Positions 1 through 9,901 of a DNA stretch of 64,000 bases are shown here, in pieces. The DNA is from Polyangiaceae bacterium (lineage in GTDB: Bacteria > Myxococcota_A > Polyangia > Polyangiales > Polyangiaceae). The stretch lies in NCBI GenBank assembly GCA_050287085.1, contig JBNKBE010000003.1:79350-143349 (forward strand). The letters are read 5' to 3'. Below the pieces are notes generated by a model that ran no database searches, had not been told where the DNA came from, and saw only the letters and a list, made by a program, of their open reading frames with translations. The position numbers and the translations under genes were made by a program. The first letter of the stretch is position 1. Every line of letters starts with the position of its first letter.

Positions 1-96
1 CTGCGCTTCCCTGCGGCACTGCGCTTCCCTGCGGCACTGCGCTTCCCTGCGGCACTGCGCTTCCCTGCGGCACTGCGCTTCCCTGCGGCACTGCGC
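1..96. repeat. Minisatellite, 18-bp unit CTGCGCTTCCCTGCGGCA, 5 full copies plus a partial copy; may extend beyond the window edge
   Basis: Identical units at 1, 19, 37, 55, 73, then CTGCGC; no spacers. Confidence 0.95.
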
Positions 97-193
97 GCCG
101 TTGCCTTTTGCGCCGTAATCTTTGCGCACTCTTCGCTACCGGGTGCCACGTTGTTGCTCTAGGCGCAAACCTGAGTATCCTTGGTACCCCGTC

Positions 194-994
194 ATGGCAC
201 AAAGCTCATCGCACGTTCCCCCCGACCTCGATTTGGACTTCGACCGCTGTCAGCGCCAGTTTGAGGAAAACGGCTACTTGGTCTTCCGCAACGTGGTCGA
301 TCCAGCCGCGTTAGAAGAGCACACCAACGCACTCTGCCGCGAATTCGATCGCCTCAACGAATCAGGCCCGCTCTTCGAAGGGGGCGGCGGCATGATCATG
401 GGGCACCTGAACTGCTTCCCGGGAGTCGCCTCGCGCTTCGCCTACGACACGCTGGATCGGGTTGGGCTCTTCGACCTCGTCCGGAAGCTATTCCCAGGCG
501 CCCAGCGGGCTCCAAACATCGGCTGCAATTTCAATCTGCCGGGAAGCAGCTCGCAGAACTTCCACATCGACGGCTACTTCGATTCCGCATTCCCCGTGGT
601 CAACGTGGCATCCGTTGACACCACGTTGGTCAACGGCGCGTTCAACATCCTCGAGCGAACGCACAAGCGCCCGTACAAGTACTGGCAGCTGGTTGTCGAA
701 CACCCCATATCCGCGCGCCTCCCGATGAATCAGGGCGACGTCTTGATCCGCACCAGTGTTCTTTGGCACCGCGGCACTGAAAACCGCAGTAGTCGCGCCC
801 GTCCCATGCTCGCCTACAGTTGGGAGGACGGCGGCAACAAGCTTGCCGACCCGTACTCGAAGAACGATGGGCAGATCGCGTTCTACCCCAATCGTTACGC
901 CACTAATCTAGTGGGCCGCCTTCGCGAGCATGCGTATGTGGCGGCACCCGGAGTCAATGCCGGGCTCCGCTTCGTCCAATCGCTCGTTGCATGA
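194..994 (+). CDS. Phytanoyl-CoA dioxygenase (PhyH) family Fe(II)/2-oxoglutarate dioxygenase
   Basis: FEENGYLVFRNVV N-terminal motif, HxD (FHID), distal His in GDVLI...WHRGTEN, then RPML; ATG 194 preferred over TTG 122. Confidence 0.8.
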   Translation: MAQSSSHVPPDLDLDFDRCQRQFEENGYLVFRNVVDPAALEEHTNALCREFDRLNESGPLFEGGGGMIMGHLNCFPGVASRFAYDTLDRVGLFDLVRKLFPGAQRAPNIGCNFNLPGSSSQNFHIDGYFDSAFPVVNVASVDTTLVNGAFNILERTHKRPYKYWQLVVEHPISARLPMNQGDVLIRTSVLWHRGTENRSSRARPMLAYSWEDGGNKLADPYSKNDGQIAFYPNRYATNLVGRLREHAYVAAPGVNAGLRFVQSLVA

Positions 995-1114
995 ATGCCT
1001 AGTCGAGCTGGTCGCGAAAGCTCCCTTCGCGACCAGCCCGAGGTTTGCTCGCGAGCCGCTGGCCGCGGCTACTGCGGAAGGGGCTGCGCCCCCGCGCCGC
1101 CGACAACTCCGCGT

Positions 1115-1188
1115 CGCCAACTACTCCACAGCGCCAACTACTCCGCAGCGCCAACTACTCCGCAGCGCCAACTACTCCGCAGCGCCAA
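1115..1188. repeat. Intergenic minisatellite, 17-bp unit CGCCAACTACTCCGCAG, 4 copies plus a partial copy
   Basis: Units at 1115 (one mismatch), 1132, 1149, 1166, then CGCCAA. Confidence 0.9.
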
Positions 1189-1630
1189 AAACATGAGCCA
1201 GCGGCTCATCCGCTCCTCCCGGCGCCCGCGAGCTTCGGAACGCCGCGGTAGAGCCGAGGGACACCGGCGCGGCAACAGCCAACGCGCTCGCTCAGGGCCG
1301 CCACGAGCCCGCCACGCGCGCTGTTTCAACTAAGCAGCAGGGTTCACCTCAGGTGGCAGAGCCCCTCAAGCGACGAGGCACCTACCAGGGAGCGTCAGCG
1401 CTGTCCCTACCTGACGCGCCAGACCACCCCACAAGGCCCGCGAATGGGGAAGTCAGTTGCGAGTCGGTCGATACCGCAGTGACCTGGGCGCGTGAAGAGC
1501 AAACACCGTAGAGCTACGGCAGCAGCGAGAGGGACCGCGACAAGCCCACCCGTCGCAGCAAGAGGCGCGGCGGGCGTCGTGTGACGCTCTCTCCCGTGCG
1601 CGGCCCCTGAGGCTGAGATACCCGGCGGTA

Positions 1631-2863
1631 CTAGAAGTAGAAGTGGACCTGCCCGTAGGTTGCGAGCGGCCGCTCCTGACGCATGACCGCATCAATTCGA
1701 ATGTCGAAGTGGGGGTAGGGAAACCACGCCGCAGACAACCACCCGCCAAGCACGGGCTCACCCGTACCCGCTCCGGTGGGGCGCTGCTCCGGCCGTACAA
1801 CGACGTCCCCCGCGGCTGCCGCCGACGGAACCCGCGCGCCTCGATCCGCCACCTCGCCCGTCGCCATCACGTGAACGCCCTGTAGCGGCTCGAGATCAAA
1901 ATAAGCGAGCCCCACATAGCCGGGATCCCGTCCCGTAGTGAGCAACGCGTCCGCCTCCAATAGGATAGCAAGCAACGGCATCGGACTGTAGCGCACCATC
2001 ACACCGTGTGCCTGACGCACTTGATCGGGAACGCCGGTGCCAAGCCCCAGGGTGGAGGCCAATACCTGACTGCTTATGCCCGCGGCCAAGTTGGAATCGA
2101 GCGCATACTCGAAGTACCCGGAGTAGCCGCGTTCGCGATAATCGTCTGGGCTAACTCGAAAGTTGCCAGCGACGGCCATGAGCTCCGCGCGGATCGCGCC
2201 GCCCGTATAGGCTAGCGAAAGCCCGTGCTGCTGGTCGCTTTCCCTATCCGTAAGGGTATAATCACGCACCCACTGGGTGTGCTCGGAGATGCGCAAGCCG
2301 AAAGGTAGATTCAAGCGCCCGGCTCGGATCAGGAGGTCCTCGCTGACGCCATAGCCGAGCCAATGCGTCCGCGACACCGGCACCAAGTCCCCGGACTCCG
2401 CATTGTCCGAGTAAAGAATCGCCTTGTCCGTGTGCTCCAGTCGCCCGTTGAACGATGAGAGCCCCACGCTACCCCCAATCTGCACCGGTCCAAACGTACC
2501 CGTCCCGTACAGATCGGCCTGCATCGGGAATGCCGCCAGTTGGCTGTTGTCTACGTCATAGACCGCCATCCCGCGCACACTGCCGCCCAGTCGGATACTG
2601 TCTGGTTCACCCACGCCCAGCAGAAAACGGATGTCATTTGAGAGCGGCTGATCCCCGGGCAGAGTACTGAGCAGGGTCTGTGAGGTGACGCGCCCCATGT
2701 GGGTCAGTGTTTCGCCGCCGCTGGGATCGGTGTGGCAGGTGCCGCACTTGACGTAGCCGTGGCGGATCATCCAAGGATAGGCCGCAGCGGTTGAAGTCCA
2801 CAGTACAAGCGACATTACAAGGCCACAAATGGCCGAAAAAATTGCGGGAATGCGGAGGCTCAT
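1631..2863 (-). CDS. Outer-membrane beta-barrel protein with an N-terminal monoheme c motif (Cyc2-like architecture)
   Basis: Signal peptide ending TAAA; AYPWMIRHGYVKCGTCH; amphipathic beta-strands with porin-like RAGRLNLPFG; C-terminal GQVHFYF. Confidence 0.7.
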   Translation of the reverse strand: MSLRIPAIFSAICGLVMSLVLWTSTAAAYPWMIRHGYVKCGTCHTDPSGGETLTHMGRVTSQTLLSTLPGDQPLSNDIRFLLGVGEPDSIRLGGSVRGMAVYDVDNSQLAAFPMQADLYGTGTFGPVQIGGSVGLSSFNGRLEHTDKAILYSDNAESGDLVPVSRTHWLGYGVSEDLLIRAGRLNLPFGLRISEHTQWVRDYTLTDRESDQQHGLSLAYTGGAIRAELMAVAGNFRVSPDDYRERGYSGYFEYALDSNLAAGISSQVLASTLGLGTGVPDQVRQAHGVMVRYSPMPLLAILLEADALLTTGRDPGYVGLAYFDLEPLQGVHVMATGEVADRGARVPSAAAAGDVVVRPEQRPTGAGTGEPVLGGWLSAAWFPYPHFDIRIDAVMRQERPLATYGQVHFYF

Positions 2864-3085
2864 GAGACGTAATTGGGGATCGCAAGCACCCTAGCCGCGG
2901 TAGTGCGCCCGGCGCAAGGGCCCACGGACACAAGGCCGCGTCCAAGGTGCAGCCAGGGACAAAACTCGGTTTCGTTTTCGCCCCGCGGCCCGAACCCGTG
3001 ACGTGTCGCCCGCCCGGCCGCGTTTCTCCGGCGGTTGTGGGTGATTTGTGCGGCGGCAGATGGTAACGCCAAGAGTCGCAGGCCT

Positions 3086-3655
3086 ATGCTCCGCTTCGAA
3101 TCGACTCAATCCGCAGCTCCTCGTCCCCACTCTCTTCGCTCGCTCGGAACACTCCTATGCGGCGTGATCCTGGCGTCAAGCGCGGTCGCCGCGTGCACCG
3201 ACGTCAGCGAGATGCGGACCCCGACCGACTCTTGTACAACTGGTCGCGTATGGGTTGCCGGAGATCTCGGACACGAGGAAATGCACCCTGGCTCCGACTG
3301 CTTGGATTGCCACCAGCGGCAAAACGGTCCGGAACTCGCGATCGGCGGCACCATCTACCCAACTCAGGCGCAGGAGACTGACTGCTACGGGTTGCTTGGG
3401 GCCACGGTGAGAATCACCGGCGCTGATGGGGTCGTATTCGAATTGCCGACCAATGACGCCGGCAACTTCTACCTGCTTGGCTCTCCGGAACAGGTCAAGA
3501 AGCCGTTCAAGGTTGAAGTGCAGGTCCCGGAACAAACAGAACAGGGTCTGACCTATAAGGTCACGGCCATGGCTACGCCGGCCCTGACGGGCAGCTGTGG
3601 CAATTGCCACGCGCAGATCGGCGGTATTCAGGGGCCTGTCTACGTCAAGCCTTAG
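3086..3655 (+). CDS. Diheme c-type cytochrome lipoprotein
   Basis: Lipobox-like AVAAC; CLDCH and CGNCH flanking a small beta-sandwich segment (GATVRITGADG...TNDAGNF). Confidence 0.7.
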   Translation: MLRFESTQSAAPRPHSLRSLGTLLCGVILASSAVAACTDVSEMRTPTDSCTTGRVWVAGDLGHEEMHPGSDCLDCHQRQNGPELAIGGTIYPTQAQETDCYGLLGATVRITGADGVVFELPTNDAGNFYLLGSPEQVKKPFKVEVQVPEQTEQGLTYKVTAMATPALTGSCGNCHAQIGGIQGPVYVKP

Positions 3656-3880
3656 GACCCGGGAACCGGAACGTCAGACTACGCCGGCCGGTCCTCTGCT
3701 GTGGCAAGCAGGCTCGTCGCTGTACTCATCGAGCTGCGCCAGTACCCCTGCTTGGCTCCCACCTGACGCGCCCACCGGGCGGCAGTCTCGACCCGCTCGC
3801 GACTGACTTTCCCTTTCGCGGGCCCTCCGCCGAGTGCCCAGCGTGGGCGCGTGAACATAGCTCAGACGTGGCACGGGAAG

Positions 3881-6800
3881 TTAGGCGCCGCCCGCAAGGC
3901 TGGGCGCACCCTCCTCACTCAGCGCCACGCCGTCTCGCAGTCGCAACCGGCGTCCAGCAATCGCGGGGATGCGCTGACCTGGAACAACAACGCCCACCAG
4001 GTTCAGCGGATCACACGCGGACAACTCATAGCAAAGACCGTCCAGCGGCGTTTGCGCCACGCGCTTCAGTTCACTTGCCGCCCGTGGTAGCGCAAATTGC
4101 TCCCCGACGAAGCCCGAGACGAAACGGCCACCCAGAACCACGCCGCGAGCCTCCAAGCGGCGCAGCGCCCACAATAGCTCGCGCCAAGGAAGGCCCAGGT
4201 CCTCCCGCTCCAATAGATCGCGAAAGACCACGCCATAACGAGCCAGCAGCTGCTCGGCCCAAGCCTCCGCCAACTCGTCGAGCTCTTGAGGCGGCGAGAC
4301 GGGAAGCTGCCCCCACCGCCCCTGACGCTGCGCGACGAGCCCGCGCCGGAGCCCAGAGCCAGCCGACAACTGAAGGGCCCGGGTGCCTCGGACGCGCTGG
4401 CGCAAAGGAGCAAAACCGTCCGCACTCGCACGGCCTCGTGCCGCAAGCTCCCACAGCGCTTCGATCACACATCCGCGGTCGAGTCCCGTGCTCTGCGCCA
4501 GCTCCGCGACAAACTGGGCCCCGCCCCGCTCCAGTGCCGCAGCCACCTGTTTCACTTCCGCATCCGCAAGGGCAGACAATGACTGCCCGTAGCGAAGGCC
4601 AGCGCGGAGCCAGGGTACGTCTTCACGCAGCATCAAGCTAATCGGCGTGTTACGGGTAAACGACACCCACGGCGCAGCCGCAGTTGTGCTTTCCAAAAGC
4701 CGCGCCCAAACCACGTCCCCTGCGAGGCAGACAAGGTCTAGAAGTTCTCCGCCATAATCACGCACTCGGCAGGTAAGAAGCTCGGCCTCCCATTCGCCCG
4801 CCGGAGCGTGATACGCTTGCAGTTGCGAAACCACCGCCAACAGTCCAGCCTCCCCAGCGCGCCGACGTGATACCCCCTGCCAGTCCAGGAGAAAACGCAT
4901 AAAATGCTGCGGTGATGTGGGCTGGACCTCGCCCCTTCGCTGCGCCTGGCTGTAGCTGACAATACGCGCCAACAGGCGGCGTGCACAAAACTGTTCAACC
5001 CCCAGGGCTGGATCAAAACGCCCTCGAAGTACAAACCCCTCCTGCTCCAAATCGCGAAGCCCCTCCCCGCATTCCCCTTCGGACAGGAGGGTAACATGCT
5101 CCAACTCGGCGATGCCAACGGGTCCCAGCTCGTCAAGAGCGCCGCGCAACACGTTGAGCCGCATCGCCCGCAACTCATCGAGGCCGACAGCGCTGCCCTG
5201 AACGCCGACCCCAATATCCGGCTGCAGCATAACGCGCACCACATCGCGTCGCTCGCTAGCAACCCAAATCTGCGACTTGCGCACCTCGAGCACCGCCGCG
5301 CGCCCCGCGCGTTGTAGGTCCTCGAACAGACGCTGCCACTTGGCGCGAGGCCGCAAGAGCCCACGATCGCGCAGAAGTTCGTGCAAGGCCTCAGCGTCCT
5401 GCACCTGGCAGAGCGCCTGCTGACGCACCGTGGCCAACGCCGCAGGTTCCACCCAATCGAAGTTGCGTACCTCCAGCGGGATCCCCGGACGCAGCGAAAC
5501 GGCGCGGGTACGACGCTCCTCCAGCGGCGCGTCGTCCAGGAAGGTGTAGGGGCGACCGTTCAAGATCTCGTGCGCCAGAAGCGACGGCTCCGCAGTTTCC
5601 ACGAATCGGAGCTCGACCTTTGCGGCGGCGATGTCGTCGAGCAACCCTTGAAGGCCCGCGACATCAAGCGCTTCAGTGAAGCAATCGGTCAAGGTCTGCT
5701 GCACAAGGGGGTGGTCTGGGATCTCACGGGGTCCGATCGCGTTGTCCTGGCACGCCGCCAATGAAGGAAACACGCTGGCCATCACGTCGTCGGCTTCCAT
5801 CCGCTGGATCGGTGGCGGCGTTCGCTTACCCCCGCGAAAGCGCGACACGATGAGCGAACGCGTCAGGTTGTGGCGCCACCGAACTTGAAACATCGGCGTC
5901 ACGAGCACCGCCTGACTGAGGGCGGCTACGATCCCTTTGGGGGCCAGAAAAGCAGCAAACTCGTCCAAGGGAAAGCTGTGTTGCGGCCCGAGCGAAAGCA
6001 CCACAGCGTCGTCGTTGGCAGCCGCCTGCAGCTCGAAGTCGAACGAGCGGCAGAAGCGCTTGCGAGCCAGCAGACCGAGCGCGCGATTGATGCGGCCCCC
6101 GTAGGGGGAGTGAATGACGAGCTGCATCCCTCCCGTCTGATCGAAGAAACGTTCGACGATCAGCGTTTGCTGCGTGGGAAGTCCGGAAAGCTGCTGCGCC
6201 GAGGTCAACAAGTAGTCGGCGGCAAGCGCCACCGGCAAGCCCTCGACCCCAGTACACCCGGTCAAGAGCCGAACCAAAGCGCCTCGGCCCTCGGCCAGAA
6301 CCGCCTCCGCGTCGGCTCGTAGCGACGCCACCGCGCGCGACAGCTCAAGGCTTCGCGCTGGCGCCTCTCCCAACCAGAAAGGCAGCGTCGGCGCCGCCCC
6401 CGGAGCCAACACCACGCGCACGACTCCAGAAGAGACACGGCGAATGCGCCACGGCGTGCTACCAAGCAAGAAGACATCCCCCGCCATGCTCTCGATTGCA
6501 AAGTCTTCGTTGATCGTGCCGACGAGCGTTTCCGTCGGCTCCTCAACCACGCGATAGTCTGCCACCTCCCCGATCGCACCGCCGGAGGTGAGTGCAACAA
6601 GGCGTGCGCCCTTGCGTCCGCGCGCTCGACGTGAGGTTTCGTCGCGATGCAGATGGGCTCCCCGCCGCCCGCGCCCCGTGATGACCCCGTCAGCGGCAAG
6701 CTCGAGGATGCGGTCGAACACGGCTCGCGACAGCCCCGTGTAGGGGGCGGCGCGGCGGACCAGCTCATAGAGGGCGTCTTCGTCCTTCGCCTCCGCGGCA

Positions 6801-8164
6801 CACTCAGCGACGATCTGTTGTTGAAGAATGTCGAGAGCGCCGGCGGGGGGCAGACCCCCGTCGAGCTCCCCGGCCCGCACCGAAGCCAACAATGCCAAAC
6901 ACTCGATCAACTCGTCTCGAGTGGTCGGAAGCAGGATGCCGCGCGGCGTGCCGGAGCGCGTGTGTCCGGAACGCCCGACACGCTGCAAGAACGTCGCGAT
7001 AGAACGCGGCGAGCCCAGCTGAAACACCAGCTCTACTTCCCCCACATCGATCCCTAACTCGAGCGAGGCGGTGGCGACCAGTACTCTCAGCTCCCCACTG
7101 CGAAGCTTGGCTTCTACCAAGAGCCGGCGCTCCTTGGACAAGCTGCCATGGTGGGCGGCAACGGCTCCCTCCTCCAGAACCTGTCCGACCAAATAGGCAA
7201 AGCGCTCTGCCTGGCGCCGCGTGTTGGTGAATACCAAGGTCGTCCGCACCTGGCTCGCATGCTGAGCGATTCGGCGCGCAACATCGCCGAGAAACTCGCT
7301 GGAGGCTACCGCACCCAACTCATGGTCCCCGACCTCCAGCCGCAGGCAGAGCTCGCGCTGATGCCCGAGATCGACAATGACACAATCTCCAGGTTTCTTC
7401 TCGGCCGGCGCGGTGTTCAGGAGCCGAGCTTCGGTCCCCATCACCAGACGCGCGATCGCTTCGATTGGCCTTTGTGTTGCCGACAGCGCTATCCGCTGCG
7501 GCGCAAGCGCTGCGACGGCAGATAGCCGCTCCAACGTAAGGGCCAAGTGCATACCGCGTTTGTCGCGAGCGAGCGCGTGCACCTCGTCGATGATAATGGT
7601 CCGCACGTTGCGAAAGAGCGGTCGTGAACGCTCCGCAGTCAGCAATAGGTAGAGCGACTCAGGGGTCGTCACCAGGATCTGCGGTGGACGCTTCAGCAGT
7701 CGATAGCGCTCGGTCGTCGGGGTGTCTCCTGTGCGCAATGCTACCTGGATATCCGGAACCGGCAGGCCCAGGGCCCGCGCTTGCTCGCCGATTTCGCGAA
7801 GGGGCCGCTCCAGGTTTTCGTGAATATCGCGACTGAGAGCCTTGAGCGGGGAAACGTACACCGTGTGAAGGCCCTGATGGGACTCGCCCCGCAGCGCCTG
7901 ACGATACAGCGTGTCGATCGCGACCAAGAATGCGGCCAAGGTCTTCCCCGAACCCGTTGGCGCTGCGAGTAGCGTATGAAAACCACGCCGAATCACGGGC
8001 CAAGCGCGCTCCTGCGCCGGCGTGGCCCCGGCGTCGAAGAGCGCCTCAAACCAAGCCCGGACCGGGGAACAAAAAACCCCGGAGGCGCTCTCCGACGACG
8101 AGGGACAAGGCGCCCCAAGCTCGCTCGCTGGCGGCGATGAATACACTGGCGGGCGCTCCGTCAC
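3881..8164 (-). CDS. lhr: Lhr-family SF2 DEAH helicase, long form with C-terminal extension
   Basis: APTGSGKT, SPLKAL, TTPESL, DEVH, SAT, HHGSLS, SLELGID, QRVGRSGH; C-terminal LLARYGVVFR...GRFVSGFVGEQFALP. Confidence 0.92.
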   Translation of the reverse strand: MTERPPVYSSPPASELGAPCPSSSESASGVFCSPVRAWFEALFDAGATPAQERAWPVIRRGFHTLLAAPTGSGKTLAAFLVAIDTLYRQALRGESHQGLHTVYVSPLKALSRDIHENLERPLREIGEQARALGLPVPDIQVALRTGDTPTTERYRLLKRPPQILVTTPESLYLLLTAERSRPLFRNVRTIIIDEVHALARDKRGMHLALTLERLSAVAALAPQRIALSATQRPIEAIARLVMGTEARLLNTAPAEKKPGDCVIVDLGHQRELCLRLEVGDHELGAVASSEFLGDVARRIAQHASQVRTTLVFTNTRRQAERFAYLVGQVLEEGAVAAHHGSLSKERRLLVEAKLRSGELRVLVATASLELGIDVGEVELVFQLGSPRSIATFLQRVGRSGHTRSGTPRGILLPTTRDELIECLALLASVRAGELDGGLPPAGALDILQQQIVAECAAEAKDEDALYELVRRAAPYTGLSRAVFDRILELAADGVITGRGRRGAHLHRDETSRRARGRKGARLVALTSGGAIGEVADYRVVEEPTETLVGTINEDFAIESMAGDVFLLGSTPWRIRRVSSGVVRVVLAPGAAPTLPFWLGEAPARSLELSRAVASLRADAEAVLAEGRGALVRLLTGCTGVEGLPVALAADYLLTSAQQLSGLPTQQTLIVERFFDQTGGMQLVIHSPYGGRINRALGLLARKRFCRSFDFELQAAANDDAVVLSLGPQHSFPLDEFAAFLAPKGIVAALSQAVLVTPMFQVRWRHNLTRSLIVSRFRGGKRTPPPIQRMEADDVMASVFPSLAACQDNAIGPREIPDHPLVQQTLTDCFTEALDVAGLQGLLDDIAAAKVELRFVETAEPSLLAHEILNGRPYTFLDDAPLEERRTRAVSLRPGIPLEVRNFDWVEPAALATVRQQALCQVQDAEALHELLRDRGLLRPRAKWQRLFEDLQRAGRAAVLEVRKSQIWVASERRDVVRVMLQPDIGVGVQGSAVGLDELRAMRLNVLRGALDELGPVGIAELEHVTLLSEGECGEGLRDLEQEGFVLRGRFDPALGVEQFCARRLLARIVSYSQAQRRGEVQPTSPQHFMRFLLDWQGVSRRRAGEAGLLAVVSQLQAYHAPAGEWEAELLTCRVRDYGGELLDLVCLAGDVVWARLLESTTAAAPWVSFTRNTPISLMLREDVPWLRAGLRYGQSLSALADAEVKQVAAALERGGAQFVAELAQSTGLDRGCVIEALWELAARGRASADGFAPLRQRVRGTRALQLSAGSGLRRGLVAQRQGRWGQLPVSPPQELDELAEAWAEQLLARYGVVFRDLLEREDLGLPWRELLWALRRLEARGVVLGGRFVSGFVGEQFALPRAASELKRVAQTPLDGLCYELSACDPLNLVGVVVPGQRIPAIAGRRLRLRDGVALSEEGAPSLAGGA

Positions 8165-8170
8165 GCGCCG

Positions 8171-8176
8171 ATTATA
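8171..8176 (-). promoter_or_regulatory. -10 box TATAAT 6 nt upstream of the lhr GTG (putative leaderless promoter)
   Basis: Minus strand reads TATAAT-CGGCGC-GTG; no Shine-Dalgarno. Confidence 0.6.
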
Positions 8177-8304
8177 GAGCCCGACGGTGCTACGCGCCGT
8201 CCTTTTCCACGCCCCACAACGGGTTCCAAGCGGTGCGACTACCCAAGGTGACTTTTGAGCGGGAGGGACTCAACAGCAGCCCCTATCAAGGATAGGGTAG
8301 CTCG

Positions 8305-9738
8305 ATGACCGCCCGCTACCCCCTGTTTCTAGCCAACCGCCCCCACGACGCGGGGGAAGACCTCGTCGTGACTGACAAGTACTCGGGGGAGGTCTTCGCC
8401 ACCGTCCCTCTGGCTTCACCTCAGGTAGTGGAGCAGGCAATTGCCGCCGCGGTGGAAGCGACGCGGCCGCTGGCTGCCCTCAAGAGCTACCAGCGACGCG
8501 ACGTCTTATTGCACTGCGTCGCACGCTTCGAAGCGCGACGGGAGGAATTCGCTCGCACGCTGCAACGGGAGGCGGGCAAGCCCATCAAAGATAGCCGCGT
8601 CGAGGTGGAGCGCTTGATCGACACCTTTCGCGTCGCTGCCGAAGAGAGCACCCGCCTACTGGGCGAGGTCCTGCCCATGGACATCGGCCCCCGCGCAGCC
8701 GCCTACTCGGGCTCATGGAAGCCCTTTCCTGTCGGACCCTGCTCATTCATCGCCCCCTTCAACTTTCCGCTCAACCTCGCGGCCCACAAGATCGCCCCGG
8801 CACTAGCCGTTGGTTGTCCCTTCGTGCTCAAGCCTGCGAGTCTCACGCCACTTGGTGCCCTCATGATCGGGGAAGTGCTTGCCGAAACCGACCTCCCCCC
8901 CGGCACGTTCTCCATCTTACCCACAACGAGACACAACGCCGAAGCGCTCACCACCGACGACCGTTTGAAGCTCTTGAGCTTCACGGGGTCACCCGCGGTG
9001 GGCTGGGCGCTCAAGGCAAAAGCGGGCCGAAAGAAAGTCACTCTGGAGCTAGGCGGCAACGCAGCGTGCATCGTCGACGAAACGGCGAATATCGACGACG
9101 CGGTGAGCCGCATCATCGTCGGCGCCTTCTACCAGTCGGGCCAGAGCTGCATCGGGGTGCAGCGAGTACTGGTGCACGAAAGCATTCACGACGAAATCGT
9201 GTCCAAGCTCGTCGAGAAGACGCGTGCGCTAGGGGTTGGAGATCCTGCGCTCGAATCGACTTTCGTAGGTCCGATGATCACTGAGGCCGAGGCGGAACGG
9301 CTCGAGACCTGGATCGCCGAAGCTACCGCTGGCGGGGCTCGCATCTTGTGTGGCGGAAAACGTCGAGCGGCACTGTTGGAGCCCACGTGGCTTGCAGCGG
9401 TTCCCAAAGCCGCGCGCGTACGTTGCAAAGAAGCCTTTGGCCCCGTAGCGCTGATCGACCCCTTCGCCTCATTCGAAGAAGCTCTCGCAGAAGTCAATGA
9501 TAGTGAGTTCGGATTGCAGGCGGGCGTGTTCACCCGCGATATCTATCGCGCCGAATTGGCCTATGAAACGCTCGAGGTCGGCGCCGTGATCATTGGAGAC
9601 GTCCCCTCGTTTCGAGTCGACCACATGCCCTACGGCGGAGTCAAGGCGTCGGGTCTGGGGCGTGAAGGCATTCGTTGGGCCATGCAAGACATGACCGAGC
9701 CACGGCTCTTCTTGCTCCGAACCCCTGCGAACTCCTGA
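8305..9738 (+). CDS. Aldehyde dehydrogenase family protein
   Basis: PFNFP, LKPA, FTGS, LELGGN, catalytic Cys in GQSCI, EAFGP, PYGGVKASG. Confidence 0.93.
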   Translation: MTARYPLFLANRPHDAGEDLVVTDKYSGEVFATVPLASPQVVEQAIAAAVEATRPLAALKSYQRRDVLLHCVARFEARREEFARTLQREAGKPIKDSRVEVERLIDTFRVAAEESTRLLGEVLPMDIGPRAAAYSGSWKPFPVGPCSFIAPFNFPLNLAAHKIAPALAVGCPFVLKPASLTPLGALMIGEVLAETDLPPGTFSILPTTRHNAEALTTDDRLKLLSFTGSPAVGWALKAKAGRKKVTLELGGNAACIVDETANIDDAVSRIIVGAFYQSGQSCIGVQRVLVHESIHDEIVSKLVEKTRALGVGDPALESTFVGPMITEAEAERLETWIAEATAGGARILCGGKRRAALLEPTWLAAVPKAARVRCKEAFGPVALIDPFASFEEALAEVNDSEFGLQAGVFTRDIYRAELAYETLEVGAVIIGDVPSFRVDHMPYGGVKASGLGREGIRWAMQDMTEPRLFLLRTPANS

Positions 9739-9748
9739 TCGGGACACG

Positions 9749-9764
9749 TGGCACGCAACTGGCA
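9749..9764 (+). promoter_or_regulatory. Candidate sigma-54 (-24/-12) promoter upstream of the DUF465 gene
   Basis: TGGCACGCAACTGGCA versus consensus TGGCACG-N4-TTGCW, one mismatch, intergenic. Confidence 0.4.
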
Positions 9765-9901
9765 AGGGTCCCACCACGAGGGCAGCCCGAAGGCGCAATC
9801 CTCGTGAAACGTGCCAGGAGCGCGCAACGGTTGCGGCTACAACGCCCTCATCAACAGTCTCTTGCGCACACCAATCAGCCCCCAGGAATACCCCAAAAAG
9901 C

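Noticed and set aside
995..1333. Short ORFs translating the 17-bp repeat (SANYSAAPTTPQRQLLR)
   Set aside because: By-product of the minisatellite, which reads open in several frames; no coding evidence.
3604..4641. 345-aa plus-strand ORF
   Set aside because: Antisense shadow of lhr, Arg/Pro/Ala-rich, no recognisable motifs.
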